Positions 1 to 10,164 of a stretch of 64,000 nt of DNA are shown in pieces. A program made the position numbers and the translations under genes. Each line of letters begins with the position of its first letter. Within the stretch, counting starts at the first letter, position 1. The notes below the pieces were generated by a model that saw nothing but the letters and a program-made list of their open reading frames with translations, searched no databases and was not told the origin of the DNA. Source of the stretch: Chloroflexota bacterium (GTDB lineage: Bacteria; Chloroflexota; Dehalococcoidia; Lucifugimonadales; JADFKI01). The DNA lies in contig JAQBUT010000006.1 of assembly GCA_027623195.1 (NCBI GenBank), positions 57,616-121,615 on the forward strand, in the 5' to 3' direction.

Positions 1-1134
1 CCGTTCTGCACCATGATGCTGGCTGACATGGGAGCCGATGTAATCAAGGTGGAGAAGCCCAATGGTGGAGACGACACCCGCCGCTACGGGCCACCCTTCA
101 TCAATGGTGAATCGGCTGCGTTCCTAACGCTGAACCGCAATAAGCGCAGCATGATCCTGGACCTGAAGCAGGAAGACGGCATCCGTATCGCAAAGCAGAT
201 GCTGAGCCAGGCCGACGTTATGGTCCACAACTTTCGCCCCGGCGTAATTGACCGCATGGGCCTGGGCTACAAGGACGTCCATGAACTCAATCCGGCCATC
301 GTCTACTGCACGGTATCGGGCTTCGGCACCACAGGGCCGTACGCCTCCAAGGCGGGCTTCGACCTCATCGCACAGGGCATGAGCGGCCTCATGAGCGTCA
401 ACGGGTTCCCAGATGCGCCGCCGGCCAAGATCGGCGTACCAATTGCTGACCTGAACACAGGCATGTTCGCGGCTTTCGGCGTCCTGACGGCGTACGTTAA
501 TCGACTGAAGACAGGGCAGGGCCAGCATGTGGACGCCGCGCTCCTGGATTCGGGCATCGCATACTCGCTGTACGAGTCGGCGACCTACTTCGCCACAAAC
601 GAGGTCTCTGGGCCACTAGGCTCAGCGCATCGCATGATCGCCCCCTATCAGGCCTTCGCCACAAAGGACGGCTACCTCAACTTGGGCGCAGCCAACCAGA
701 ACAACTGGCAGCGCATGTGCACAGCAGTAGGCCGGTTGGACTTACTGGAGGACGAACGCTTTGCCTCCAACGCAGAGCGCATGGTGCATATAGAGGATTT
801 GACTCCTATCATGGAGCAGACATTCAAGAGCGAGACCACTGCCCATTGGGTAGAACTTCTGGAGGGCGCTGGCGTACCGACAGGGCCGATCTACAAAGTG
901 GACGAAGTCTACGCCGACCCACATGTTCAGGCCCGCAATATGGCCGTCGAGGTGGAGCACCCGATTGCAGGGCACATTCGCAACATCGGCGTGCCTGTAA
1001 AGCTATCCGAAACTCCCGGCTCCGTGCGCGTGGCAGCGCCTGTGCTTGGCGCGGATACAGACGACGTCCTGATCCAGTTCGGGTTTTCTGAGTCCGAAAT
1101 AGCTGGGTTCAAGGAAAGCGGGGCGGCAAGCTAA
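1..1134 (+). CDS. CaiB/BaiF family III CoA-transferase (5' end lies before the window)
   Basis: Frame open from base 1 (PFCTMMLADMGADVIKVE); NRNKRS, NFRPG, GFGTTGP and APVLG motifs. Confidence 0.93.
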   Translation, partial: PFCTMMLADMGADVIKVEKPNGGDDTRRYGPPFINGESAAFLTLNRNKRSMILDLKQEDGIRIAKQMLSQADVMVHNFRPGVIDRMGLGYKDVHELNPAIVYCTVSGFGTTGPYASKAGFDLIAQGMSGLMSVNGFPDAPPAKIGVPIADLNTGMFAAFGVLTAYVNRLKTGQGQHVDAALLDSGIAYSLYESATYFATNEVSGPLGSAHRMIAPYQAFATKDGYLNLGAANQNNWQRMCTAVGRLDLLEDERFASNAERMVHIEDLTPIMEQTFKSETTAHWVELLEGAGVPTGPIYKVDEVYADPHVQARNMAVEVEHPIAGHIRNIGVPVKLSETPGSVRVAAPVLGADTDDVLIQFGFSESEIAGFKESGAAS

Positions 1135-1182
1135 CGTTAGAATGCGCTATATCATTATCCGAACGAATGGGAGGATAAAAGA

Positions 1183-1968
1183 GTGCCATACGTCAGAAGT
1201 GGAAACGCGGAAATCTACTACGAGGTACACGGCGAAGGTCCGCCTATAACCTTTAGCCACGGCGCAGGTGGCAACACGCTGGTCTGGTACAACCAGGTGC
1301 CATACTTTGCCAAAGACCACACTGTGCTGACCTTCGATCACAGAGGGTGGGGCCGGTCCCAATGCAAGCGCGAGGACAAGCACGCAAAATTCTTCGCCGA
1401 CGACCTCAAGGCCGTACTAGACGACGCAGGCATAGAGCGGACGGCGCTGGTATGCCAGTCAATGGGCGGCTGGACGGGAATGCACTTCACACTGGATAAT
1501 CCAGGCCGAGTCTCATGCATCGTGCTTTCTGGCACGCCAGGGGGTATCGCTACTCCAAGAGTAATCGAAGCAAGAGCAGCCAGGGCGCGCAGTCGCACCA
1601 TCGATCTGGACAGACCCATACCATGGAACGAGCCTCACCTGGCTCTAGCAGCCGACGCATTCCAACGCGACCCAAGCATGGCGTTTATGTACCGCCTTCT
1701 GGCAGGACTAAACCCACCCATCGGCGATACCGGCACTGGCGACATGGGAATCTCGCCGAGCAGACTTGACGGCTATGCGATCCCCACACTGATGATATCC
1801 GGCAGCCAGGACCGCATATTTCCACCGGACATTCTTGAAGATGTTTCCAAGGTAATTCCGGGAGCCCAGCTACACAGCATTCCACAGGCAGGCCACTCGC
1901 CATATTTTGAGACACCTGAGGAGTTCAACCGTGTGGTAGGAGAGTTCGTGGGGAAGTACGGGGGATAG
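1183..1968 (+). CDS. alpha/beta-fold hydrolase
   Basis: HGAGG oxyanion motif, DHRGWGRS, C-Q-S-M-G-G nucleophile elbow, GHSPY catalytic His; GGAGG upstream. Confidence 0.9.
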   Translation: MPYVRSGNAEIYYEVHGEGPPITFSHGAGGNTLVWYNQVPYFAKDHTVLTFDHRGWGRSQCKREDKHAKFFADDLKAVLDDAGIERTALVCQSMGGWTGMHFTLDNPGRVSCIVLSGTPGGIATPRVIEARAARARSRTIDLDRPIPWNEPHLALAADAFQRDPSMAFMYRLLAGLNPPIGDTGTGDMGISPSRLDGYAIPTLMISGSQDRIFPPDILEDVSKVIPGAQLHSIPQAGHSPYFETPEEFNRVVGEFVGKYGG

Positions 1969-2077
1969 GTTTGGCTGCAGTCATGACATGTACGGCATGT
2001 TGATGTGGAAGAGCCTGGGGATTTATAGATAACCTGTCGCTATTATCAGGACGAGGCGAAGACTTGATATATATATA

Positions 2078-2116
2078 CAAAGCCCCACACTGGATCAGAT
2101 CCGGTGTGAGGCTTTG
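2078..2116. terminator. Hairpin between convergent genes (likely terminator)
   Basis: CAAAGCCCCACACTGGATC-A-GATCCGGTGTGAGGCTTTG inverted repeat. Confidence 0.6.
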
Positions 2117-2204
2117 CTGAATCTTGAACTTAAGAAACTGTTGGGAAGCAGACCCTTTTAAGCTTATTAACTAAGCTTTAAAAAGCCCATGTCCCTCAGG
2201 CTCA

Positions 2205-2534
2205 TTATCGGTAGGAACTGCTGCCTGAGCGTTGCTGGCTAAAGCAGTCGCTGCAGTAAACAGGCTTGTCGCCTCGGGGCAGGAAAGGCACTTCGGTGTC
2301 CTTGCCACATTGGGCACAGACAGCTGGGTGCATTTCGCGAGGTCCTGAACGGAATCCTCCGCCCATTCCTCCTCCTCCGCCGCCGCCATTGTTGCGTCGC
2401 GCCTGTCGGCAGGATGTGCAACGCTTTGGCTCGTTCGTGTAGCCCTTGTCGGCGTGATATTGCTGATCGTCAGCGGTGAATACGAAACTCTGATTACACT
2501 CTACGCATGTTAGGTCTCTATCTTGATAAGACAG
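2205..2534 (-). CDS. Zinc-ribbon + CxxC-x17-CxxC domain protein with Gly-rich linker (probable CTG start)
   Basis: SYQDRDLTCVEC..EPKRCTSC and AVCAQCG..VPFLPRGDKPVYCSDCF; AGGAG 7 nt before CTG at 2534. Confidence 0.85.
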   Translation of the reverse strand: MSYQDRDLTCVECNQSFVFTADDQQYHADKGYTNEPKRCTSCRQARRNNGGGGGGGMGGGFRSGPREMHPAVCAQCGKDTEVPFLPRGDKPVYCSDCFSQQRSGSSSYR

Positions 2535-2713
2535 TGGAAATCTCCTCTTATAGGAAAAAATTGGACTACAGACGATCACCAGGAAGTTTGCCTTACGGAC
2601 AATAATCACGGAGACAGTTGTGCAGAACTATTACTAGCATAGCATACGTTTGAGATTTTCGATAGGAATATTTTGGCATTGAACCAAATGTCGAGATAAA
2701 ATGGTCCAAAAAG

Positions 2714-3367
2714 CTACATTGGCAATACGTAAGCCGCAACCACAAGGTAAAACATACTGCTGGCCATGACTACCATCAAATGAAAAACCTCATGAAAGCC
2801 AAATGCCTGTGGAAACGGATTGGGCCAGCGAAACAGGTACATAAGGCTTCCCAAGGTGTAGGTCAGACCGCCGGCGGTCAACAGAAAGTTGGCTTCAATT
2901 GGCAGCGCATTTGCGATCTGCACAAAGGGAATGAGACCAATCCACCCTATTAATATATATATGCTCACCCCCAACCAGCGAGGGGCCTGCGGCAAGGTCA
3001 ATTTCAATATTATCCCAATACCTGCCAATCCCCACACCACCGACAAGATCGAAATACCCCATGCGTTATCCAGTATCTTCAGTGCAAAAGGCGTGTAAGT
3101 GCCCCCGATAAGAAAGAATATCATCGAGTGGTCAAACCTTCTTAGAACACCGAGGTGGCTGGACTCCAGGGGAGTAAGGTGATACATCGCGCTGGCTGTA
3201 TACATGAGGATCAGACTGGTTCCAAATACGGCGGCCCCGGCATAGCCCTGCGGGGAATCCGCAATTAGAAGTAACAGCACCAGAGCAAATGGCGTGACAA
3301 TAGCGGCAACGAGGTGGAGGTAGCCCCTCAACAGGGGACGAGTCGCCGAATTTATACGAGCATCCAT
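2714..3367 (-). CDS. Hemolysin III / PAQR family membrane protein
   Basis: SAMYH, RRFDHSMIF, GGTYTP, GFHEVFH motifs; multiple hydrophobic segments. Confidence 0.92.
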   Translation of the reverse strand: MDARINSATRPLLRGYLHLVAAIVTPFALVLLLLIADSPQGYAGAAVFGTSLILMYTASAMYHLTPLESSHLGVLRRFDHSMIFFLIGGTYTPFALKILDNAWGISILSVVWGLAGIGIILKLTLPQAPRWLGVSIYILIGWIGLIPFVQIANALPIEANFLLTAGGLTYTLGSLMYLFRWPNPFPQAFGFHEVFHLMVVMASSMFYLVVAAYVLPM

Positions 3368-3509
3368 TTACCAATTCCGCCTGGCCGGAGGATTCACCAA
3401 CTCCACAAGCTTACTAGATTTCGGTGGCTCAGTGCTTCCCCCAAAATAGCTAAAATCATCAACGAACCGGTGGCGGGGGCCTGTCATTCAAGGCGTTTTT
3501 ACTACAAGA

Positions 3510-3538
3510 TTGCAATATGTGCACATAGATATTATAAT
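3510..3538 (+). promoter_or_regulatory. sigma70-type promoter with palindromic operator upstream of MarR gene
   Basis: TTGCAA-17 bp-TATAAT; perfect palindrome TATGTGCACATA (3516-3527) in the spacer. Confidence 0.6.
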
Positions 3539-3581
3539 GGGATATATTGAATACATTCACAATAGAGTATTATAATAATAT

Positions 3582-4070
3582 ATGCATACACTAAATACGG
3601 AGCAATCGGTTGATTCTCTGAGCCTCTCCTTAATAGAGGCTCTTGGTAGTTTCGAGAGGGCTTATGCCAGATGGGTTGAGGCCCCTCTCCAGAATAGCGA
3701 CCTGACCTATGCCCGCATTAGGTTGCTTGGCGTTTTAAGCCGCAAGGGTCCTCAAATCATGAGCGCCCTCAGTGATGAGCTTATTGTGAGTCCTCGCAAC
3801 ATCACTGCGCTGGTGGACGCCTTAGAAGCCTCTGCTCTGGCACGACGCAGCCCGCACCCCACCGACCGTAGGGCCACTGTAATTGAGCTTACCCCGAAGG
3901 GTATGGAAACCTGCAGCACCATGTACACGAAACACGCCTTCGCTGTATCGGAGCTGTTCTCCAACTTTTCCACACATGATCAAGGGGAACTTCTCCGCCT
4001 ATTGAATCTAATGGGTACCGAACTGGAACGCAGAGGGATAATCGACGAATATCCCCGGAACGACGCCTAG
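3582..4070 (+). CDS. MarR family transcriptional regulator
   Basis: NITALVDALE..RRSPHPTDRRATVIELTPKG winged-helix signature. Confidence 0.92.
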   Translation: MHTLNTEQSVDSLSLSLIEALGSFERAYARWVEAPLQNSDLTYARIRLLGVLSRKGPQIMSALSDELIVSPRNITALVDALEASALARRSPHPTDRRATVIELTPKGMETCSTMYTKHAFAVSELFSNFSTHDQGELLRLLNLMGTELERRGIIDEYPRNDA

Positions 4071-4154
4071 TATGTGCCATACCTGCTATCGGTCCCTTTT
4101 ATGTACGCCAGACAAAACCACCGATCGTTCAAACGTTCGGATAGGTCGTTCCAA

Positions 4155-4750
4155 ATGTATTTGATGCGGAGAATCTTAGGTGGTTCGAATCGCGAAAAAC
4201 CCAGCGTATGCCCTTACTGCAGCGTTCAGCTAGATGCGCGTCCAACTCGAAGTAAGGTGTGTGCGTCATGTAGTGCAACGATATACGCCAGGCGTGGCAA
4301 CCGTGGTCTTCTCACTGAAGAGCAGTCCCTGAAGCTCGACGAGAGCTCAGAAGGTGACCTGAAGCTGGGAAGTGATCCCAGATGGCAGAAGCTTAACGCC
4401 AACCTAAAGAAGGCAACATCCAGCTCCTACTTGGAACTGATGAAGATGCTTTACTTTCAGATGTCTATTCAGCAGCACGAAGCTGGTCGAGACAATTATC
4501 AGTTTGCTTTGGAGTCGCGAAAGTCATATTTACTTTTGCTCCAGGAGTTAGGACTCGATAGGACGCGGGCTGAGACGAAGACCGTCAAAGGCGATGCCTG
4601 TGGCGAATGCAGACCTTAACAGGGAAGGGCTTCACCATAGAGCAGGCTCTGACATCTGCTCCCTTACCCGTGAAGGTCTGCTCAAATATGAAAAATATCG
4701 ACTCTCCGCTTGGTCTATGTCGTTGTTACTACGCGACAATCAACTTCTAA
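4155..4750 (+). pseudogene. Cys-rich zinc-finger hypothetical protein, apparently frameshifted at ~4610
   Basis: CPYC..CASC N-terminus; after ACGEC the -1 frame continues QTLTGKGFTIEQALTSAPLPVKVC..GLCRCYYATINF* (stop 4750). Confidence 0.6.
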
Positions 4751-4810
4751 TCATTTACGCGCGTAACGCCGAAGAATTCACGTCCGTTATAAATTAAGGA
4801 GGCAATTCAA

Positions 4811-5116
4811 GTGTCGTGGCAATTTTGGAAAACCCAAAACAACGTCGGAATCATACCTGAGCGTATGGCTAGGCAGCTAAGCTGGCGCTTCAAGCTCAGT
4901 GAGGAGACCATGAAAGGGCTCCAACATGCGTCTATGGCAGGGCCAACCAAATCCCTTCTGATCCGAGTGTTTGATCCGAAGTTACTGGCAAATGGCTCCC
5001 CGGTTATCCAACAGTATGGCGATTTGGATTCACAGCCGTCAGCCATACAGTTCGAATGCAGTTGGAATCCAGGTGGAAGCAAGATGGAAAACGTCGTGGA
5101 TCTCCGTCCCGCTTAA
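4811..5116 (+). CDS. hypothetical protein
   Basis: AAGGAGG RBS before GTG; 101-aa ORF, no motif recognised. Confidence 0.65.
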   Translation: MSWQFWKTQNNVGIIPERMARQLSWRFKLSEETMKGLQHASMAGPTKSLLIRVFDPKLLANGSPVIQQYGDLDSQPSAIQFECSWNPGGSKMENVVDLRPA

Positions 5117-5149
5117 TACCAGTAGAGTCCACTATCAGGAGTAAAACCC

Positions 5150-5350
5150 ATGTCAGAAACGAGCGGAATTACGGAGTGCATGGTCTGCGGAGAGCATTCC
5201 GACCAGTCCTGCCTGTGGTGTGTCAAACCACTCCATCGTCATAATGGGTATCAGGGCAGCGCCGATCAGGTGGAGTTCACCCAGTGCTGGACCCGTCATC
5301 AGATGGAATGCCTAGACAGCACCGACCAGCTGAAACCTCAGCCTGCCTAA
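5150..5350 (+). CDS. small Cys/His-rich putative zinc-binding protein
   Basis: AGGAG RBS; CMVC..CLWC..H..CWTRH..C pattern. Confidence 0.6.
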   Translation: MSETSGITECMVCGEHSDQSCLWCVKPLHRHNGYQGSADQVEFTQCWTRHQMECLDSTDQLKPQPA

Positions 5351-5361
5351 GGGGCACGAGC

Positions 5362-5404
5362 GCGAGGAATCTAAAGAAGGCACATTGGCCATTAGATTCC
5401 TCGC
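5362..5404. repeat. 13-bp inverted repeat (REP-like or bidirectional terminator)
   Basis: GCGAGGAATCTAA ... TTAGATTCCTCGC between convergent genes. Confidence 0.6.
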
Positions 5405-5441
5405 ACGCCTCAAGTCACATTGGGACATAGACGCCGAGTGC

Positions 5442-6779
5442 CTACCGCACACGCTGCACGACGCGGCGGATGGCATCGACTAACTCGTCGACCTCGGCCT
5501 CGGTGGTGAGCGCGCTGAGGGCGCCGTGGCAGGCTGCCTGCAACAACACTCCTTCGTTCAGCAGGCCGGTGAAAACTGCCTTCTGCATTGTGTGGTCACT
5601 GCGCACTACATCTCTATAGTTCACAACCTCGTCGGCGGTGAAGTGCATCCCAAACATGGAGCCGATACCTGTCACCTGCACATCCACCTCCAGTTCGTCG
5701 AAAACCGCCCGCAGCTTCTGTCGCAGCATCTCCCCCAAGGCGTTCATGCGATCGTATACCTCAGGCGTCAGGTGATTCATCACCACTTCGCCCGCCAGCA
5801 TCGTCATAGGATTGGCATTGAACGTCCCGGCGTGGGCCATGGCATCGCCCTTGGTAGGGTCGAACTGGTCCATGATGTCCCGCCGACCTCCGAAGGCCCC
5901 CACCGCCATGCCGCCGCCTATTATTTTCCCAAAGGTCGTCATGTCCGGTATAACGCCGAACGCCTCCTGCGCGCCGCCAGGAGCCAGCCGAAAGCTCTGG
6001 ACCTCATCGAAGATGAGCACCATGTCCAGTTCTTCGGTTATCTTGCGCATGCCCTGAAGATAGTCCCGCTTGCCGGGCAGGTATCCAAAGTGAGACACGA
6101 TGGGTTCCATAATGACGCACCCAATCTCATCCTTGTGCTGGCGCAGAACGCGTTGGCTCGTCTCAAGGTCGTTGAACGGCAGCACGAACACGTCCTCCGC
6201 GATGCTGGGCGGCTGACCCGCATGCTCGGGGATAGGCGTGGTCTCATTGGGGTCCAGCTTATCGGCGGACGGGTATACGCTGACGGATACGTACTCATGA
6301 GAGCCGTGGTAGCCGCCCTCAATCTTGGCAATTTTATGTCTGCCGGTGAAGGCCCGGGCCGCCCTGATGGCCATCATAGTGCCCTCAGTGCCCGAATTGG
6401 TGAAGCGTATGGTATCGACTGACGGCACCCGGTCGCACAGGATTTTCGCCAACCGAATCTGCGCCTCGGTGGGTCCGCTAAACGCCGTGCCTTTCGCCGC
6501 CTGCTCCTGCAAAACGCGAACAACATCGGGATGCGCATGGCCGAGGACCAGGCTAGTCGCGTTGATCATGAAATCCAGGTAGCGATTGCCATCGACATCG
6601 TACACGTGCAGACCCTCACCGCGATCGACGAAAGTAGGGTAGGGCGCAAAGAAGGCGGTGCCCCTGGAGCTTCCGCCGGGCAGATACTCCGACGCCTCCT
6701 GCTGAAGCCGCTTGGAAGTCGGCGTGCTTGCTATGAACTTTTCGGTTTCGACGCGCAGGCTCTCGGTGGTCATCGGCAA
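5442..6779 (-). CDS. Class III aminotransferase, glutamate-1-semialdehyde 2,1-aminomutase-like
   Basis: DVDGNRYLD, FTNSGTE, GGYHG, LIFDEV, FGKIIGGG (PLP Lys), HAGTFNANP. Confidence 0.9.
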   Translation of the reverse strand: MPMTTESLRVETEKFIASTPTSKRLQQEASEYLPGGSSRGTAFFAPYPTFVDRGEGLHVYDVDGNRYLDFMINATSLVLGHAHPDVVRVLQEQAAKGTAFSGPTEAQIRLAKILCDRVPSVDTIRFTNSGTEGTMMAIRAARAFTGRHKIAKIEGGYHGSHEYVSVSVYPSADKLDPNETTPIPEHAGQPPSIAEDVFVLPFNDLETSQRVLRQHKDEIGCVIMEPIVSHFGYLPGKRDYLQGMRKITEELDMVLIFDEVQSFRLAPGGAQEAFGVIPDMTTFGKIIGGGMAVGAFGGRRDIMDQFDPTKGDAMAHAGTFNANPMTMLAGEVVMNHLTPEVYDRMNALGEMLRQKLRAVFDELEVDVQVTGIGSMFGMHFTADEVVNYRDVVRSDHTMQKAVFTGLLNEGVLLQAACHGALSALTTEAEVDELVDAIRRVVQRVR

Positions 6780-6816
6780 ATCCTTCTTTTTTTCAAAGTC
6801 TGGTAGAGCGAGTGGC

Positions 6817-7578
6817 CTAGCCTCGGCCTACGTATGGCATCTGGTTAGCCATGATGGTCATGGTCAGCACGTTGGTGTCCAGTGGCAAGCCCGCGATGTA
6901 GGCTACCGCGTCGGCCACGTGCTGTACGTTGAAGGTGGGTTCGATCATCATCTCGCCATAGGGCTGCATAACGCCCGTACCCATTTTGGCTGTCATTGGC
7001 GTTCCGGCGTTGCCGATATCGATCTGGCTACAGCAGATGTTGTACTTACGACCGTCCAGCGCCGTGCACTTGGTCAGGCCTTCGACGCCATGTTTGGTGG
7101 CCGTGTACGGTGATGAGTTGGGCCGGGGAGTGTGGGCTGATATAGAGCCGTTATTGATTATTCGACCGCCCATAGGGTCCTGGTTTTTCATGATACGCAT
7201 GGCCTGCTGTGTGCACAGAAAGGTGCCGTGCAGGTTAGCGCGGACTACGTTATTCCACTGGTCGAACGTCAGGTCTTCCATGGGTATGGCTGGGGCGCCG
7301 GAGCCTGCGTTGTTGAACAGCAGGTCCAACCGGCCGCCAAAAGCCTCCAGTGTTTTGCTGAACAGGGTCGCCACCGACTCTGGGTCTCCCACGTCGGTCG
7401 ACATAGCCAGCATGCGAGAACCGTCGTCGCCGGCCTCCGTTATCGTCTCCTGTAAAGGCTCCGTACGTCGACCTGCCAACGCAATTGAATACCCGGCCTT
7501 ATACAGAGCCAGCGCGCTGAATTTCCCAACGCCGCTGCCGGCTCCCGTAACAATCGCTACCTTTCCATTTTCTGCCAT
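6817..7578 (-). CDS. Short-chain dehydrogenase/reductase
   Basis: [17 protein letters not shown] catalytic motif. Confidence 0.92.
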   Translation of the reverse strand: MAENGKVAIVTGAGSGVGKFSALALYKAGYSIALAGRRTEPLQETITEAGDDGSRMLAMSTDVGDPESVATLFSKTLEAFGGRLDLLFNNAGSGAPAIPMEDLTFDQWNNVVRANLHGTFLCTQQAMRIMKNQDPMGGRIINNGSISAHTPRPNSSPYTATKHGVEGLTKCTALDGRKYNICCSQIDIGNAGTPMTAKMGTGVMQPYGEMMIEPTFNVQHVADAVAYIAGLPLDTNVLTMTIMANQMPYVGRG

Positions 7579-7653
7579 TGTTTTGTCCTTTCCGTATTTT
7601 GTAAAAGTCGGAGTTCTCCATGAATGTGCAGTCCGCGCGTCACCAAAAACTAA

Positions 7654-8403
7654 TCAGATAGAGGTGTAGCCGCCGTCGATAACAAGCTCGCTTCCCGTCA
7701 TGTAAGACGACTCGTCAGAGGCCAGGAAAAGCACGCCGTTCGCCACGTCAGCGGCCGTACCCATGCGTCCCATGGGTATGTTGGACAGGCGGCTGTTGCG
7801 GGTCTCTTCGTCCGGAAAAACCAGGCCCAGCATTTCCGTATCGATGGGGCCAGGATGTACCGAATTAACGCGTATACCTTCCTGAGCGTACTGAATCGCG
7901 GTGGTTTTTGTAAGGAGACGCACCGCGCCCTTGGATGCGTTGTAGGCTGTGGAATTCAGGCTGCCGATAATTCCAGCGACGGAGGAGATGTTGACTATGG
8001 AGCCGCCACCGCCTGTTCTCATAGCAGGAATGGCGGCCTTTGTGCCAAGGAACACGCCCTTTGCGTTAACGTCCAGAACGGTATCCCAACCCTCTTCGGT
8101 GGTGTCCTCAACGCGGGCCAGCCTGTAGATGCCTGCGTTGTTGACCAGGATGTCCAGCCTGCCGAACCGTGCGACTACGTCACTCACGGCCTTAATCCAG
8201 GCTTCCTCCCTGGTAACGTCCAGGGTAACGAAGAGCGCCTCGCCGCCGGATTCAGCAATATCAGATTCGAGCTTCTTGCCTTCCTCTGCCAGGATATCGG
8301 CGATAGCTACCTTTGCGCCTTCTCGGGCGAATAGGCGAGCCTCAACAGCTCCCATGCCCCTGGCTCCGCCGCTGATGAGAGCAACCTTACCTTCAAGTCT
8401 CAT
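7654..8403 (-). CDS. SDR, 3-alpha(20-beta)-hydroxysteroid / cyclopentanol dehydrogenase-like
   Basis: SGGARGMG, NNAG, YNASK, SVHPG, YMTGSELVIDGG. Confidence 0.92.
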   Translation of the reverse strand: MRLEGKVALISGGARGMGAVEARLFAREGAKVAIADILAEEGKKLESDIAESGGEALFVTLDVTREEAWIKAVSDVVARFGRLDILVNNAGIYRLARVEDTTEEGWDTVLDVNAKGVFLGTKAAIPAMRTGGGGSIVNISSVAGIIGSLNSTAYNASKGAVRLLTKTTAIQYAQEGIRVNSVHPGPIDTEMLGLVFPDEETRNSRLSNIPMGRMGTAADVANGVLFLASDESSYMTGSELVIDGGYTSI

Positions 8404-8496
8404 ATCGCCAGCCTCATGTCTTTACCCTTAGAAACAGTGGTTCCGGGCTGAATTATACATGAGGTGCGGGACGATTGGCGAACGGCAGAGGCGTTC

Positions 8497-9909
8497 CTAG
8501 ACTTGCGAGGCCTTGCAGTCCAACAGGCCGCGTGCGAACTCCACGACGCGATAGACGTCGTCGAAGTTGGAGGCTAGGCCGAGAGAGATTCGGACGGCCC
8601 CGGCGCTCTTGCCACCTATGCGCTCAAGAACGGTCAGGAACTGCTCGAAGGTCATGCGCTCTTTGTTGCTGAAGCCCTCTTCCATCTCTTCCTTGGTGAG
8701 GCCGTGGGCTATTTCACCGGCGCCGGGGTTGCAGAAGCATCCAGCACGAAGACATATGCGTACATCGCTGGCCAGTTCCTCGATGCGCCTGTGGTCTATC
8801 ATCCGTTCATCTGGATCATAGAAGTTGGCGGTAATCGTCCCGCCACGCATGTGGATGTCCGTGGGGCCATACACCCTAACCAGGGACAAGCCATTAGAGT
8901 GGCGAAGGGCCAGTAGCTGGTCCAGCAGCCAACCGGTGAGGGCTGTAACGCGGTCGGATATGGCGCCTATGCCTACGTTCTCTAGGTGCTTTAGGCCAAT
9001 CTCGACGGCGGGCAGGTTCAGGTAATTGATGGTGCCATCCTCAAAGGCCTCTACGCCCTCGGCTAAGTAATGGCTGTCCGCCTGCACGGACGCAATGGTG
9101 ATGGTGCCACCAGCAAACCAGGGGCGATGCAGCTTCTCCAATGCCTCTTTGCGGGCTATTAGACAACCAACACCGGTCGGGTATCCGAACATCTTGTAGA
9201 AAGACAGCGGCACGAAGTCCGGCTTCACCTCGGTCAGGTCCAGGCGATTGGTGGGCACGAAAGCGGCGCAGTCCACCAGCACGTCCCAGCCCTTAGCATG
9301 AGCCTTGTCAACCCAGTCCAGAGGATGCTTAACGCCGGAGAAGTTAGACTGGGCGGGATACGCGAAAAGCTTCGGACCCGAAGCAGGAACGGCAAGGAAC
9401 TCGTCGAGGCTGTCCTCATCGACGCGCAGATCGGGCGGCACCACGGGAATGTAGGTGACCTCCGAACCCTTGGCCCGGGCGAACTCCCGTATGCCGTTAA
9501 CCGAGTTGTGATTATCGAAGGTCAGCAGGTAGCGTCCACCTGACTCGAATGGATATGCCTCTCCCACCAGCTTCAGCGCACCCGTGGCGTTGGGCGTGAA
9601 TATGGCGACGTACTCATCTGCTGGCGCGTTGAAATACTTCAGGACGTATTCGCGGGCGTGCTCCACCAGTCGGGTGGTAGCTATCGATGATGGGTTAACA
9701 GAATGTGGATTGCCAAAGACGCCGTTTCGCAGCATATCCATGTGGTCACGTATCTGCGAGTCGGCGTAAAGGCCCCCGCCCGTGTAGTCCACGTAGACCA
9801 TGTCCTGGGCGTCCAGCCTGTCGTATTCGGCCAGGCGTAGCTCGTCCAACGAACGAGTCAGAATGTAGTTGGGATATTTTTCAAGAAATGTTCGGAGAGA
9901 AGTATCCAT
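8497..9909 (-). CDS. Class V PLP enzyme, cysteine desulfurase of molybdenum-cofactor-sulfurase (MOCOS/ABA3 NifS-domain) type; start uncertain
   Basis: YVDYTG, FGNPHS, DNHNSVNGIRE, PAQSNFSG, SFYKMFGYPTG, LRAGCFCNPG. Confidence 0.85.
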   Translation of the reverse strand: MDTSLRTFLEKYPNYILTRSLDELRLAEYDRLDAQDMVYVDYTGGGLYADSQIRDHMDMLRNGVFGNPHSVNPSSIATTRLVEHAREYVLKYFNAPADEYVAIFTPNATGALKLVGEAYPFESGGRYLLTFDNHNSVNGIREFARAKGSEVTYIPVVPPDLRVDEDSLDEFLAVPASGPKLFAYPAQSNFSGVKHPLDWVDKAHAKGWDVLVDCAAFVPTNRLDLTEVKPDFVPLSFYKMFGYPTGVGCLIARKEALEKLHRPWFAGGTITIASVQADSHYLAEGVEAFEDGTINYLNLPAVEIGLKHLENVGIGAISDRVTALTGWLLDQLLALRHSNGLSLVRVYGPTDIHMRGGTITANFYDPDERMIDHRRIEELASDVRICLRAGCFCNPGAGEIAHGLTKEEMEEGFSNKERMTFEQFLTVLERIGGKSAGAVRISLGLASNFDDVYRVVEFARGLLDCKASQV

Positions 9910-10126
9910 GCCAGCCAGCCATAACATTGGGATTAAGGGTTGGATTTCGTAACAAACGCAAGACGCCACAGTGTGCGGCAATGTTCGTGGCAGTGTCAAT
10001 CGACGATATGCTTCGGATTCCTCGAATTACGGGACCTAGAGTCTTATTGCCTGTCTTTCGACAGGTCCGACGGATGAAGACTCTCTATGGAATCGGAACT
10101 CACCGCGAACGTAAGCGCATATACCC

Positions 10127-10150
10127 GTTCGCCCGAAGCCGGTCGAAGGG
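10127..10150. repeat. REP-like element, CCCTTCGAC-type (reverse copy)
   Basis: GTTCGCCCGAAGCCGGTCGAAGGG; similar to copies at 24280 and 57534. Confidence 0.55.
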
Positions 10151-10164
10151 CAAGTCCAATCGAC

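Noticed and set aside
2066..2078. Short (AT)n tract
   Set aside because: Too short to imply phase variation; lies next to a terminator hairpin.
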